A stretch of 64,000 bases of DNA from Candidatus Aminicenantes bacterium (GTDB lineage: Bacteria; Acidobacteriota; Aminicenantia; Aminicenantales; UBA8522): assembly GCA_963726335.1 (NCBI GenBank), contig CAVSCD010000011.1, positions 283,540-347,539 of the forward strand, read 5' to 3'. Below are positions 1-8,998 of the stretch, one piece after another (the first letter of the stretch is position 1; each line of letters begins with the position of its first letter). A program made the translations under genes and the position numbers. The notes below the pieces were generated by a model. It was given only the letters and a program-made list of their open reading frames with translations, was not told where the DNA came from and did no database searches.

Positions 1-453
1 GAGGACGGTGTAGCCGCTCGATTCCCTCCCGAAGGCGGGGGCCAGGTAACGGCCGACGAGCGGCACGACGAGCAGCATGCCCCAGACGCCGTAGATGACG
101 GACGGCAGGCCCGCGAGCAGGTCGACCGCCGGCTTGGCGATCTCCCTCAGTCGGGAAGGGGCGTACTCGGAGAGATAAATGGCCGAGAGAAGGGACACGG
201 GGACGGCCAGGACGAGGGAGGCCAGGGTCACCCAGAATGTCCCCATGATGAAGGGGAAGAGCCCGAATTGTCCGCGCGACGGCGCCCAGGTCGAAGAAGA
301 AAGAAGCGAAAGAAAGGACTGCCCCGCGAGGATCGGCCGGGCTTTAAGGTAGAGGCCGGCGATGATCAGGAGGACGAGAAAGCTGGGGACGCCGGCCAGG
401 ACGACCATCGTCTTTTTCGCCAGCTTGTTCTTGAACAGCCTCGAGGAGCTCAT
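1..453 (-). CDS. pstC: Phosphate-type ABC transporter permease PstC (5' part; runs off the window edge)
   Basis: Manual minus-strand translation MSSSRLFKNKLAKK...STWAPSRGQFGLFPFIMGT...AIYLSEYAP...AVDLLAGLPSVIYGVWG matches PstC motifs; ATG abuts the pstS stop. Confidence 0.88.
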   Translation of the reverse strand, partial: MSSSRLFKNKLAKKTMVVLAGVPSFLVLLIIAGLYLKARPILAGQSFLSLLSSSTWAPSRGQFGLFPFIMGTFWVTLASLVLAVPVSLLSAIYLSEYAPSRLREIAKPAVDLLAGLPSVIYGVWGMLLVVPLVGRYLAPAFGRESSGYTVL

Positions 454-1485
454 TCAGCGCGACTCGATCTTTTTCAATCCATCCGCCAGTTTCTCGGCGT
501 TCAGAGCGATGTATCCCGTTTCCGGAACGTACCGCTGTCCTTCGCCCAGGACCCATTTCAGGAAGGCCGCGGCGGCCGGGTTTCCGGGCCGCCCCTTGCT
601 CACAAGATAAAGGTCGCGGGCCGGGGGCGAGGGATAAGCGCCCCGGGCGATGGCCGCGGTCAGCGTATCCCGGGTGGCGTAGAAGCTCTCGCTCTCGTCG
701 ACCCGACCGTTGCCGTCAAGGTCGATCGGGATGACCGCGATGCCCTGGATCGGCTTCAGCGTCGCGGGGTCGTAGGCATAATTGATGTTGTTGAACCCGA
801 CGCCCCGGGGGTCCCGCCTGACGGCTTCGGCCAGCCCCGGGTCGCCGTAAACGCCGATGCCCTGGAGGTCCTCCTGCTTCTTATCGAGGAACTGGGCCCA
901 GGTTTCCGCGGCCCCGCAGGCATCCGAGCGGGTATAGCCGTTAAGGGCCGTGCGGTCGGCCGTGCCCAGCACGGAACCCCAGGTCTTGGCCGTCTCGGTG
1001 ATCCAGATGCTCGCGAAATCCCGCTTTTTCAGGCCGGCCTTCAGGACCTCGCCGAGAACGGGATTCTTGGCGCTCGTCGTGGCCACGACGGCGTCCTTGC
1101 AGACGGCGAAGGCGAGCGCGCCTCTTTGTGTTTCGGCGGCCTGAATGTCGCGGGAGACCATCCCGAAGTCGACGATCCCGGCCAGGGCGTCGGCGATCCC
1201 CTTACCCGCGCCGCCGGCCTGGATGTCGACCCGGACGCGGGGATGGACCTTCTGGAATTCCTCTCCCCATTTGAGGGCCATGGGATAAAGCGCCCAGGCG
1301 CCCGAAAGGGTGACGTTTCCGGAAAGCTCCTTGGCCTGGGAGGGCGGCGCCGGCCGGGCGCTGGCCTGGGGGGGAGCCGCCGTCAAGGCGAGAAGTCCCG
1401 CCAACAAAAGAAGAGGGACGCCCCCATTTGTCATGTCTCTTTTCGTCCCGTTCGCCCCGATCAGGCTCGTGATCCGGCTTCTCAT
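454..1485 (-). CDS. pstS: PstS-family (PBP2) periplasmic oxyanion-binding protein
   Basis: Signal-like N-terminus; SGAWALYP, IQAGGAGKGI, DFGMVSR, RSDACGAAE, YPSPPARDLY motifs; true start may be a downstream Met. Confidence 0.85.
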   Translation of the reverse strand: MRSRITSLIGANGTKRDMTNGGVPLLLLAGLLALTAAPPQASARPAPPSQAKELSGNVTLSGAWALYPMALKWGEEFQKVHPRVRVDIQAGGAGKGIADALAGIVDFGMVSRDIQAAETQRGALAFAVCKDAVVATTSAKNPVLGEVLKAGLKKRDFASIWITETAKTWGSVLGTADRTALNGYTRSDACGAAETWAQFLDKKQEDLQGIGVYGDPGLAEAVRRDPRGVGFNNINYAYDPATLKPIQGIAVIPIDLDGNGRVDESESFYATRDTLTAAIARGAYPSPPARDLYLVSKGRPGNPAAAAFLKWVLGEGQRYVPETGYIALNAEKLADGLKKIESR

Positions 1486-1528
1486 GGTCTTCCTTCTCCT
1501 CCGCCCGCCTTCTCCTGACTTGCGCGGC

Positions 1529-1566
1529 TAATAGTCCATATTGTCTATAGATAATATCGACTATTA
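1529..1566. promoter_or_regulatory. 38-bp AT-rich near-perfect palindrome, probable Rrf2 operator upstream of pstS
   Basis: TAATAGTC-C-ATATTGTCTATAGATAATAT-C-GACTATTA; half-site shared with the site at 2067-2091. Confidence 0.7.
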
Positions 1567-1580
1567 ACGAAAAACAAAAT

Positions 1581-2048
1581 TCATCCCTTCGCTCTTCCAA
1601 AGCTCCCCTTTTTCCCGGCGCCGGCGGCCCCGAGCGCGGCCGGGTGGTTCACCAGGTCGGCCAGGGTCGTCCCCTCGAGGATCTCGGCCACGGCGTCCCG
1701 GACGTCCTTCCAGAGCCACATCAGGCTGCAGGATTTCTCAAGGGGGCAGACCTCGTGGGCCGTGACGCTGACGCAGTCGATCGGGGCCAGCGGACCGTCC
1801 ATGACCCGGATGACGTCGGCCATGGTGATCTCGGCGGGGGGCTTGGACAGATAGTAGCCTCCGTCCGGACCCTTCCGGCTGCGCAGATACCCGGCCCGCT
1901 TGAGCTGGAGCAGGATCTGCTCCAGGAACCGCTGCGGGATGCTCTGGAGCTTCGAGATGTCGCGGATGTGGAGCGGCCGTTTCTCGTAGTTCCGGGCCAG
2001 CTCGAGCATCGCCCGGCTGGCGTATTCGCCTTTCGTCGAAAGCCGCAT
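1581..2048 (-). CDS. Rrf2-family transcriptional regulator (IscR/CymR-like) with three C-terminal Cys
   Basis: MRLSTKGEYA, LEQIL, SRKGPDGGYYL, CVS-x6-C-x5-C. Confidence 0.93.
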   Translation of the reverse strand: MRLSTKGEYASRAMLELARNYEKRPLHIRDISKLQSIPQRFLEQILLQLKRAGYLRSRKGPDGGYYLSKPPAEITMADVIRVMDGPLAPIDCVSVTAHEVCPLEKSCSLMWLWKDVRDAVAEILEGTTLADLVNHPAALGAAGAGKKGSFGRAKG

Positions 2049-2066
2049 AACCTGTCCTTCGGTTTA

Positions 2067-2091
2067 ATAGTCGACTAAGTCAATCGACATT
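2067..2091. promoter_or_regulatory. IscR type-1-like operator (autoregulatory)
   Basis: ATAGTCGACTAAGTCAATCGACATT matches ATASYYGACTRWWWYAGTCRRSTAT at 21/25 positions; lies just downstream of the -10 box. Confidence 0.7.
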
Positions 2092-2096
2092 GTAAA

Positions 2097-2125
2097 CTTA
2101 TACCAACACCACTCTCCCCTGTCAA
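2097..2125 (-). promoter_or_regulatory. Sigma70-type promoter for rrf2-pst
   Basis: TTGACA-17 bp-TATAAG on the minus strand. Confidence 0.7.
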
Positions 2126-2144
2126 GCAGTTTTTTACACCTGCA

Positions 2145-2531
2145 GCTGGGGAAGCAAGGGGTATGCGCGAAGAGGGTCATCCGGAGGCGAGCGGGCCTTC
2201 TCGGAGACGCTTCTCAGACTCCTATCTTGGACATTAACCTACCCAACCCTCCCTGCGAATCAGGAAGGGACCCGAATCACGTGAGCGTCTCCGGCAAAGG
2301 CCGGAGAGCGAGCCGAGGGCTCAGCGAATTTGCTGATTCGCGAAGCGAATCAGAGGGGGTTCCAAGGGGGAAGGCCCCATTGGTCGCAGGACGAAGTCCG
2401 CGAACGGGAGGCAGTGAGCGAAGCGAACGTTGGAAGGGGGAAAGCGGAGCTTTCTCCCTCCAAAAGGGCGATGTGGGAAATTTGCGGGCCCTTGAGCGCA
2501 TGCCCCGGGCTTTGCTTGCAAAAAGCCCAGC
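2145..2531 (+). repeat. Fold-back element containing family-I core (2194-2305) plus GNA-triloop hairpins
   Basis: Core stem CGGAGACGCT/AGCGTCTCCG; homologous to 8768-8873 and 60858-60955; outer arms GGGGTATGCGC (2158-2168) / GCGCATGCCCC (2496-2506). Confidence 0.75.
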
Positions 2532-2564
2532 CCTCTCCTAGAATGGACCCTTATCCTGATCAGC

Positions 2565-4565
2565 ATGGCATTTCTCAAGATACTGCATGGGTTCCTCGAC
2601 CTCCCCCTCAGGGTAAAGCTTATCCTCAGCTTTTTGGGCGTCATCCTATTCGGCGGTCTGGTTTCCCTTTTTTTCGGGACCCGCCTGGAGCACCGGACAA
2701 TCTTCAGCCTGGCGCAGGCGAAGGTGAAGCACGACCTGGCCTCGGCCTGGACCGTCTATAACGAGAGGCTCAACGACATCCGGGACATCGTCCTTCTCAA
2801 CACCAGCCGCGATGCCGTGCTGACCGCCCTGGCAGCCGGCGACCGGGACGCCCTGCTCCGGACGCTCGGCCGGGTCCGCAAGGATTTCAACCTGGACGTC
2901 CTCACCATCACGGACGCTTCGGGCCGGGTCGTCCTGCGGGTGAGCCGGCCGGAGCTCTACGGCGACGACCAGTCCGGCGACGCCCTCGTGCACCGGGCGC
3001 TCCGGCGGGAAGTCGCCACCGGGACCGAGCTCGTCCCGCGGCCGGAGCTGATCAAGGAAGGCGACGCCTACGCCGAGCGCGCCTATCTCCGGTTCATCCC
3101 GACGCCCATGGCCGCCCCGCGGCCGGAGGACCACGAGGAAGACGGGATGCTTCTCAAGAGCGCCGCCCCCGTCATCGACGAGTCCGGCCGGATGCTCGGC
3201 GTCCTCTACGGCGGGATCCTCCTCAACCAGAACTACGACATCGTCGACCGGGTCAAGGACATCGTCTTCAAGGGCGAGAAGTACAAGGACAAGGAGATCG
3301 GCACGGTCACTATCTTCCAGAACGACCTCCGGATCTCGACCAATGTCACCGACGAGCGGGGGGCCCGGGCGATCGGCACGCGGGTGTCCCAGGAGGTCAA
3401 CGACGCCGTCCTCAAGCAGGGCGGGTCCTGGGTGGGCCGGGCTTTCGTCGTCAGCCACTGGTACATCACGGCCTACGAACCCATCCGGGACATCGAAGGC
3501 GGCATCGTCGGCATGCTCTATGTCGGCATGCTCGAGCGGCCCTACATCGACCTCCGGAACAGCGTCATGCTCACCTTCGCCGCCATGTCCGGCCTGGCCG
3601 TCATCCTGCTCGTGGGCATCCTCTTCTTCATCGCCTCGAGCATCACCAACCCGCTCCGGCGGATGGTCGCGGCCACCAACCAGATCGCCCAGGGCGACCT
3701 CAACCAGCACGTCCGGCTCGACTCCCGCGACGAGATCGGCCAGCTCGCCCAGTCGTTCAACCAGATGACGGAACGCCTGAAGGCGGCCAACGAGAACCTG
3801 ATCCAGTGGGGAAAGACCCTGGAAAAAAGGGTCGAGGAGAGGACCCGGGAGCTCCGCGAGACGCAAGGCTTCCTGGTGCAATCCGAGAAGCTGGCCTCGC
3901 TCGGCAAGATGGCGGCGGGCGTCGCCCATGAGATCAACAACCCGCTGACGTCGATCCTGCTCAACACCCACCTGATGCTCGAGAAGCTCGACGAGCGGCA
4001 CGATTTCTTCGAGAACCTGAGCCTGATCGCCGACGAGACATCCCGCTGCACGGAGATCGTCAGAGGCCTGCTCGAGTTCGCCCGCCAGAACCCGCCGCAG
4101 AAGACCTTCACCAACGTCGGCGATCTGATCGAGCGCACCGCTCAGCTGCTCGAGAATCAGGCGGCCTGCCGGAACATCCGGATCGTCACGGATTTCGACC
4201 CCGGCCTGCCGCCCATCAGGCTCGACAAAAGCAAGATCCAGCAGGTGTTCTGGAACCTGATGCTGAACGCCTTCGAAGCCATGCCCAAGGGCGGCCAGCT
4301 GACGATCTCCGGCCGGCTCTCCCCCGACAAGAAGTTTGTCCAGCTCCAGTTCATCGACAGCGGCGTCGGCATCGCCAAGGAAAACATCAACAAGCTGTTC
4401 GACCCGTTTTTTACGACCAAGAGCTCGGGGACCGGCCTCGGCCTGGCCGTGACGTACGGCATCATCGAGCAGCACGACGGCAAGATCGAAGTCAAGAGCG
4501 AGATCGGCCAGGGCTCGGTCTTCACCCTGAGCTTTCCGGTCGGAAATCTTATTGCAGTTCCATAG
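2565..4565 (+). CDS. Membrane sensor histidine kinase (Cache-type sensor, HAMP, HisKA, HATPase)
   Basis: Two TM segments; RISTNV...RAIGT...WYITAYEPI Cache motif; HAMP DEIGQLA; AHEINNPL; NLMLNA; DSGVGI; FFTTK; GTGLGL. Confidence 0.95.
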   Translation: MAFLKILHGFLDLPLRVKLILSFLGVILFGGLVSLFFGTRLEHRTIFSLAQAKVKHDLASAWTVYNERLNDIRDIVLLNTSRDAVLTALAAGDRDALLRTLGRVRKDFNLDVLTITDASGRVVLRVSRPELYGDDQSGDALVHRALRREVATGTELVPRPELIKEGDAYAERAYLRFIPTPMAAPRPEDHEEDGMLLKSAAPVIDESGRMLGVLYGGILLNQNYDIVDRVKDIVFKGEKYKDKEIGTVTIFQNDLRISTNVTDERGARAIGTRVSQEVNDAVLKQGGSWVGRAFVVSHWYITAYEPIRDIEGGIVGMLYVGMLERPYIDLRNSVMLTFAAMSGLAVILLVGILFFIASSITNPLRRMVAATNQIAQGDLNQHVRLDSRDEIGQLAQSFNQMTERLKAANENLIQWGKTLEKRVEERTRELRETQGFLVQSEKLASLGKMAAGVAHEINNPLTSILLNTHLMLEKLDERHDFFENLSLIADETSRCTEIVRGLLEFARQNPPQKTFTNVGDLIERTAQLLENQAACRNIRIVTDFDPGLPPIRLDKSKIQQVFWNLMLNAFEAMPKGGQLTISGRLSPDKKFVQLQFIDSGVGIAKENINKLFDPFFTTKSSGTGLGLAVTYGIIEQHDGKIEVKSEIGQGSVFTLSFPVGNLIAVP

Positions 4566-4577
4566 GAGGAAGCGCCT

Positions 4578-5354
4578 GTGAATGAAAAAGCCAAACGCCG
4601 GATCCTCGTCGTCGACGACGAGATCACGGTCTGCAAGAGCATCCGCCAGTCGATCCTGTCGGATAGCTACGAAGTGGACATGGCCCTGAGCGGCGAGGAG
4701 GCCCTGAAAAAGGACCGGGAGAACCCCTACGACCTCATCATCACCGACCTGATGATGCCGGGAATCAGCGGGCTCGACCTGCTGCGGGCCGTCCGGGCGG
4801 AGCGGCCGGAGGCGACCGTCATCATGATCACCGGGTACCCCACGATCAAGACGGCGGTCGAGTCCGTGAAGCTGGGCGCGTTCGATTATCTCCCCAAGCC
4901 CTTCACGCCCGCCGACCTTCGCGGGGTCGTCGCCCGCGCCTTTAAGATGGCCGAAGGCGAGGTCCAGGGAGAATTGGAAGGCACTCCCCGCCGCATTCCC
5001 GCCGGCTACTACTATATGCTCGGACATACCTGGCTCAAGCTCGACGGCGAAAATCGGGGCACCGTGGGCATCGTCCATGATTTCCTGAAAGTCGTCGGCA
5101 TCATCACCCAGCTCGATCTGCCCAAGGTGGGAGAAGCGGTCTCCCAGGGCAACCTCTGCGCCAAGATCACGGACGCGGGCCAGGCCGGCCACCGGATCTG
5201 GTCCCCGGCCTCGGGCAGCGTGGTCGAAGTCAACGACGCCCTGATCGCGGACACCTCCCTGCTCCGCCGCGACCCGTACGGCCAGGGTTTTCTTTTTCGG
5301 ATCGATATGACCAGCGTCGAGGAGGACCTCAGGGGCCTCCTCCAGGCTAAATAG
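4578..5354 (+). CDS. Response regulator receiver fused to a glycine-cleavage H (GcvH)-like domain
   Basis: ILVVDDE, DLMMPG, TGY, KPF receiver motifs; then YY..HTW...VGI...LPKVG...SPASGSVVEVN...DPYGQG. Confidence 0.9.
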   Translation: MNEKAKRRILVVDDEITVCKSIRQSILSDSYEVDMALSGEEALKKDRENPYDLIITDLMMPGISGLDLLRAVRAERPEATVIMITGYPTIKTAVESVKLGAFDYLPKPFTPADLRGVVARAFKMAEGEVQGELEGTPRRIPAGYYYMLGHTWLKLDGENRGTVGIVHDFLKVVGIITQLDLPKVGEAVSQGNLCAKITDAGQAGHRIWSPASGSVVEVNDALIADTSLLRRDPYGQGFLFRIDMTSVEEDLRGLLQAK

Positions 5355-5374
5355 CGGGCCGGCCGGCAGGACCG

Positions 5375-8300
5375 ATGAACGGGAGAACCGCGGCCGCCCG
5401 CCCCCCGTCCCCCGGCCAGCTGAGGGACGAAGCGGCTGCCCTGCTCGCCAACGTCGACTTCCGTAAGGTCGTCTACCTCGACGCCGGCGGCCGGCCGGCC
5501 GAGGGGCCGGAAACCCTTGGGGACAGGATTTCCCATGCCCTTCTCTTCGAGCTCGGCCCGGCCGCCGAGAAATCCGCAGGGGAATTCCTGGCCGGGGCAC
5601 TCCAAGCCATGGTGATTCATAACGCCTGGGGGGCGGCAGAAAAGCTCGCCGCCCCGGCACCGGGAGAACGGCTCGCCGCATTCCCTGTCCTTCACCAGGC
5701 TCTCGTCCGGATCATCGAGCGCGAGGCCGTCCGCCTGAACGCCCAGGCGCCCGCCGCCGATTGGAACACCGAAGCGAAGGCGGTCAAAGCCGAGTATTCG
5801 ATGGCGCTCCGCGCCCTCGACGAGTCCTGGTCGGAGCGGCTGAGCGAGGAGGAGCACCGGGCGTTCGGCGAAGCGGCGCAGCGTATCATCGGCTCCGAGG
5901 CCTCCCCCGTCCCCCGGCTCGCCCGGCTCATCGCCGAGCAGGAAAAAACCTGGGCCGCGATCGAACGCCTGCTCGGCCAGTCGTCCTCCCGGCCCCGGAA
6001 AGAGGAGATCTGCGGCGCTATCACTGAGATGATCCAGGCGCCGATGGGCATCGTAACGCACCTGTCGCCGGCCCTGTTTTTCCCTTCGCTCCGGCTCCTG
6101 CTCGACCCGAGGGTGGATATCTCGAGCGGCATCCCCTACATGGCCAGCGTCAACCTGGGGATCTACCGGGACCCCCGCTCGGCGGCTGTCCTCGTCGAAG
6201 CGCTGGACCGGTTCCCCCTGTCCTGCACCAAGGTCCGGGAAAACATCATCTACACCCTGGGGAACCTCCGCGAGGGGAGGGCGGCGACGGCGCTGGCCCG
6301 CGTCCTCGACGCTCCGGACGAAGCCGTCGAGACCTCGGTCTCGGGCCGGACCGCCTGCCTGCTCCTCGAGCAGAAGGAAGAGGCCATCTGGGCCCTGGGC
6401 AAGATCGGGCTGGAAGCGGTCCCCTCGGTCCCCGGGCTGGCGCGTTATGCCGACCATCCGTCGCCGCGGCTCAAGACCTACCTCGGCTGGACGCTCGGAG
6501 AAGTCGGGCACGCCCAGAAGGAGGCGACGGGGGGCGTCAGCGCCGATATCGTCATCGCCCTTCTCAAGCTCCTCAAGGAAAAGAACCGTCAGGTCTTCGA
6601 AGAGGCCGTGAGCGCGCTCAAGAAGATCGGGCTGCCCGAGTTCGTCCACTCCCTTTATCTTTATAACGTGGGCGCGGTGAGCACCCTCGGGCTGAAGCCC
6701 GCCCAGCGCGGCCTCAACGAGCTCTCGGAAACGCTCCACTTCCTCCTCCGGACGAAAACGCGCACGGTCATGGCGGTGAACGGCGATTCGGGGACGGGAA
6801 AAACGTATTTCTGCCAGGCCGTCGCCGGGGGGTTCGGGGACGTCCGGCCCCACGAGATCCTCTACCTGATGCGCGACACCAGGCGCGGCCAGAAGGTCTT
6901 CAACCGGCTGCTTGGGCTTCGCTGGCTCAGGAAGCACATCGACCCCGCATACTACCAGGATTATCCGGTAAGCGAGGAGGAGGACGACCCGGAAGCCTTC
7001 TTCAGGACCTTCCTCGCCGCGAACGCCGACAAGCGGCTGATCATCCTCGACGGCTGCCGCGACCGGCACTATTTCCAGAAGGTCATCGATTTTTTTTATG
7101 CCCGCGGCGAGCTGGACATCGAGGTCAACTTCCGGGCGAATTTTTCGACCCGCCGGCTGAACCTCGAGGACAGGGAAAAGGCCGTCGAGAGCGTCAAGCT
7201 CCACCTCGCGTTTCTCGAGGAGCCGGCGCTTGAGGACACCTCGTTCTACCAGGAAGGCCTGGTCATTCTCTACGACCTGGACAACTCGCACGCCTCGCGC
7301 CTCGATCACGATGAGACCCGGGAGGTCTTCGACGTCCAGCGCATCGACGGCTGGGGCGAGCTCATCCGGATCGGCGGTTTCGCGGACGAAAAAAAGACCG
7401 CCGTCTGCCGGAAGCTCCCCCTGACGCTGACGGAAGAGCCTTTCGAGGTGACCGTCGAGGACTGGCCGGAGTGGCGGGCGCGGCCGTTTGTGCCCGGCGA
7501 AAGGATGCTCAAGCCCGTTTTGAACAGCGACCTCCGCGCCGACCCCTATCTGCTCAAGACGATCCCGCTCGGCGGCATCGAGGCCCGGCACGTCCGGTTC
7601 TACGCCCAGGACCAGGTCGCCGGCCTGACCGCGAAGGGCGAGGCCTTCGTCCTGACATTCCTCGACAACCGCGTCTTTCTGGCCCCGCCTGCCGACGTCG
7701 CGGACTTCGCTCTCCTGGGCCGCACGTTTTATCTGATCGGGGCGGACGGGCGGCTCGCCGGGTTATCGTTCGAGAGGAACGAGGCCGCCGCGGCGGAGGC
7801 ATCGGCCGCGGTCCCGCTCAAGGTAGCGGCCGTCCCCCCGGACTGCATCATCACGGGCGACGCGGACGGCAGGATCCGGGTATGGGATTTTTTGGAAAGG
7901 CAGGTCCTGTCGTTCGCCTCCGGCTGCGGGACGGTCACCGCGCTGACCGCCGACCAGAGCGGCAGGATCGTCGCCTCGGGCGAGCCCGGGAGCCTCCGGC
8001 GGTGGGACCTCAAGACCCGGAAAATGGCGATCATCGGCGGGCAGGAAGGCGCCGCCCGGTTCATCCGTCCATACCCGCGCGGCAGGATCCTGGTGGTCGG
8101 GGAGGCCGGCGGCGGCGAGGACACGGACGCGCTCCGGCTGTTCGACTTCGAGGCCGGTGAAGTCCGGACGACGCCGATGCCCGCCGGCCGTCCGGCGACC
8201 GGCGTCAACGTCTATTTCGACGGCCGGGTCGTCGTCTCCTTCGGCGTTCGGGACAGGGCGAAGAGCGGGGACAGCGGCACCCTGTTCGTCATCTCGCCCG

Positions 8301-8482
8301 GCCCCGAAGGCTGTTCTTACCTATCGATCTACGGGCATCCGCGGGGCACGGACGACTGCCTGGCCATGGGCCCGAAAATCGTCACCTGCGGCCGGGAGCC
8401 GGGCGGTGCCGCGTCCGTCCGAGTCTGGGGAAGCGAATTCTATGTCCGGACCGAGCTCGGGAAGCTGTATATTAAGTCCTGA
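5375..8482 (+). CDS. Large protein: HEAT/PBS-lyase-like repeats + P-loop nucleoside-kinase-like domain + WD40-like propeller
   Basis: VRENIIYTLGNL / AIWALGKIG / AVSALKKIG repeats; AVNGDSGTGKT Walker A; LIILDG; GDADGRIRVWD and GSLRRWD WD40-like motifs. Confidence 0.75.
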   Translation: MNGRTAAARPPSPGQLRDEAAALLANVDFRKVVYLDAGGRPAEGPETLGDRISHALLFELGPAAEKSAGEFLAGALQAMVIHNAWGAAEKLAAPAPGERLAAFPVLHQALVRIIEREAVRLNAQAPAADWNTEAKAVKAEYSMALRALDESWSERLSEEEHRAFGEAAQRIIGSEASPVPRLARLIAEQEKTWAAIERLLGQSSSRPRKEEICGAITEMIQAPMGIVTHLSPALFFPSLRLLLDPRVDISSGIPYMASVNLGIYRDPRSAAVLVEALDRFPLSCTKVRENIIYTLGNLREGRAATALARVLDAPDEAVETSVSGRTACLLLEQKEEAIWALGKIGLEAVPSVPGLARYADHPSPRLKTYLGWTLGEVGHAQKEATGGVSADIVIALLKLLKEKNRQVFEEAVSALKKIGLPEFVHSLYLYNVGAVSTLGLKPAQRGLNELSETLHFLLRTKTRTVMAVNGDSGTGKTYFCQAVAGGFGDVRPHEILYLMRDTRRGQKVFNRLLGLRWLRKHIDPAYYQDYPVSEEEDDPEAFFRTFLAANADKRLIILDGCRDRHYFQKVIDFFYARGELDIEVNFRANFSTRRLNLEDREKAVESVKLHLAFLEEPALEDTSFYQEGLVILYDLDNSHASRLDHDETREVFDVQRIDGWGELIRIGGFADEKKTAVCRKLPLTLTEEPFEVTVEDWPEWRARPFVPGERMLKPVLNSDLRADPYLLKTIPLGGIEARHVRFYAQDQVAGLTAKGEAFVLTFLDNRVFLAPPADVADFALLGRTFYLIGADGRLAGLSFERNEAAAAEASAAVPLKVAAVPPDCIITGDADGRIRVWDFLERQVLSFASGCGTVTALTADQSGRIVASGEPGSLRRWDLKTRKMAIIGGQEGAARFIRPYPRGRILVVGEAGGGEDTDALRLFDFEAGEVRTTPMPAGRPATGVNVYFDGRVVVSFGVRDRAKSGDSGTLFVISPGPEGCSYLSIYGHPRGTDDCLAMGPKIVTCGREPGGAASVRVWGSEFYVRTELGKLYIKS

Positions 8483-8546
8483 CCGCCGCCCCGCGTCTGT
8501 TCTCACATGCGCACCTCTTTTTGATGCAGCCTTGGAATCATCGGGA

Positions 8547-8591
8547 GGGTGGCACGGCGATAGTCCCTGCCCGCCCGGAGCGACGGGGACC
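8547..8591 (+). repeat. REP-like 45-bp repeat (family IV)
   Basis: 42/45 identical to the reverse complement of 22214-22258. Confidence 0.8.
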
Positions 8592-8622
8592 GGCGGGAAG
8601 CGGAAGTCTTCGAAGCGACCAT

Positions 8623-8659
8623 CAGAATAGCGGCGGAGCGACTCGGAGCCGCTATTCTG
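8623..8659. other. 12-bp perfect stem-loop (REP-like or terminator)
   Basis: CAGAATAGCGGC...GCCGCTATTCTG. Confidence 0.5.
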
Positions 8660-8767
8660 CGAAATCCCTCAATAAAGCTCTTGACTATCAGTTCGCCCCG
8701 GGGGCCGATGGCAAAGGGCGATAACGGCGACGCTTCGGGATCTTATCCGCCGGCGCGAGGACGGACT

Positions 8768-8873
8768 TCGCAGACGCTTTCGCAGACTTTTTCCCTAGAT
8801 ATTAATCCCCCCTTCCCCCCTTGGGAATCAAGGTGGGGCTCGGATTCAGTAAGCGTCTGCGATAAAGGTCGGA
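8768..8873 (+). repeat. Family-I structured repeat, copy 2
   Basis: TCGCAGACGCTT/AAGCGTCTGCGA stem; colinear with 2201-2305. Confidence 0.8.
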
Positions 8874-8998
8874 CCTCGCCGTGACAGGACCCTATTATCT
8901 CAACAGACGATCATATAAAGAGAGATGCCGACGGCTAACTTGTCCGGGCCGGCCCTTATGTCGTAAGATGCCTATTCCTAAATCCAAGGAGAACGCGC

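Noticed and set aside
2227-2541. Small ORFs over the repeat elements (also 8681-8884, 14654-14980, 20631-20837) with similar peptides
   Set aside because: Peptide similarity follows from the DNA repeat; starts and frames are not conserved between copies
2646-7591. Very long antisense ORFs (2646-5681, 5012-7591) and many similar ones across the window
   Set aside because: Shadow frames of high-GC genes; they lack motifs and fully overlap well-supported genes on the other strand
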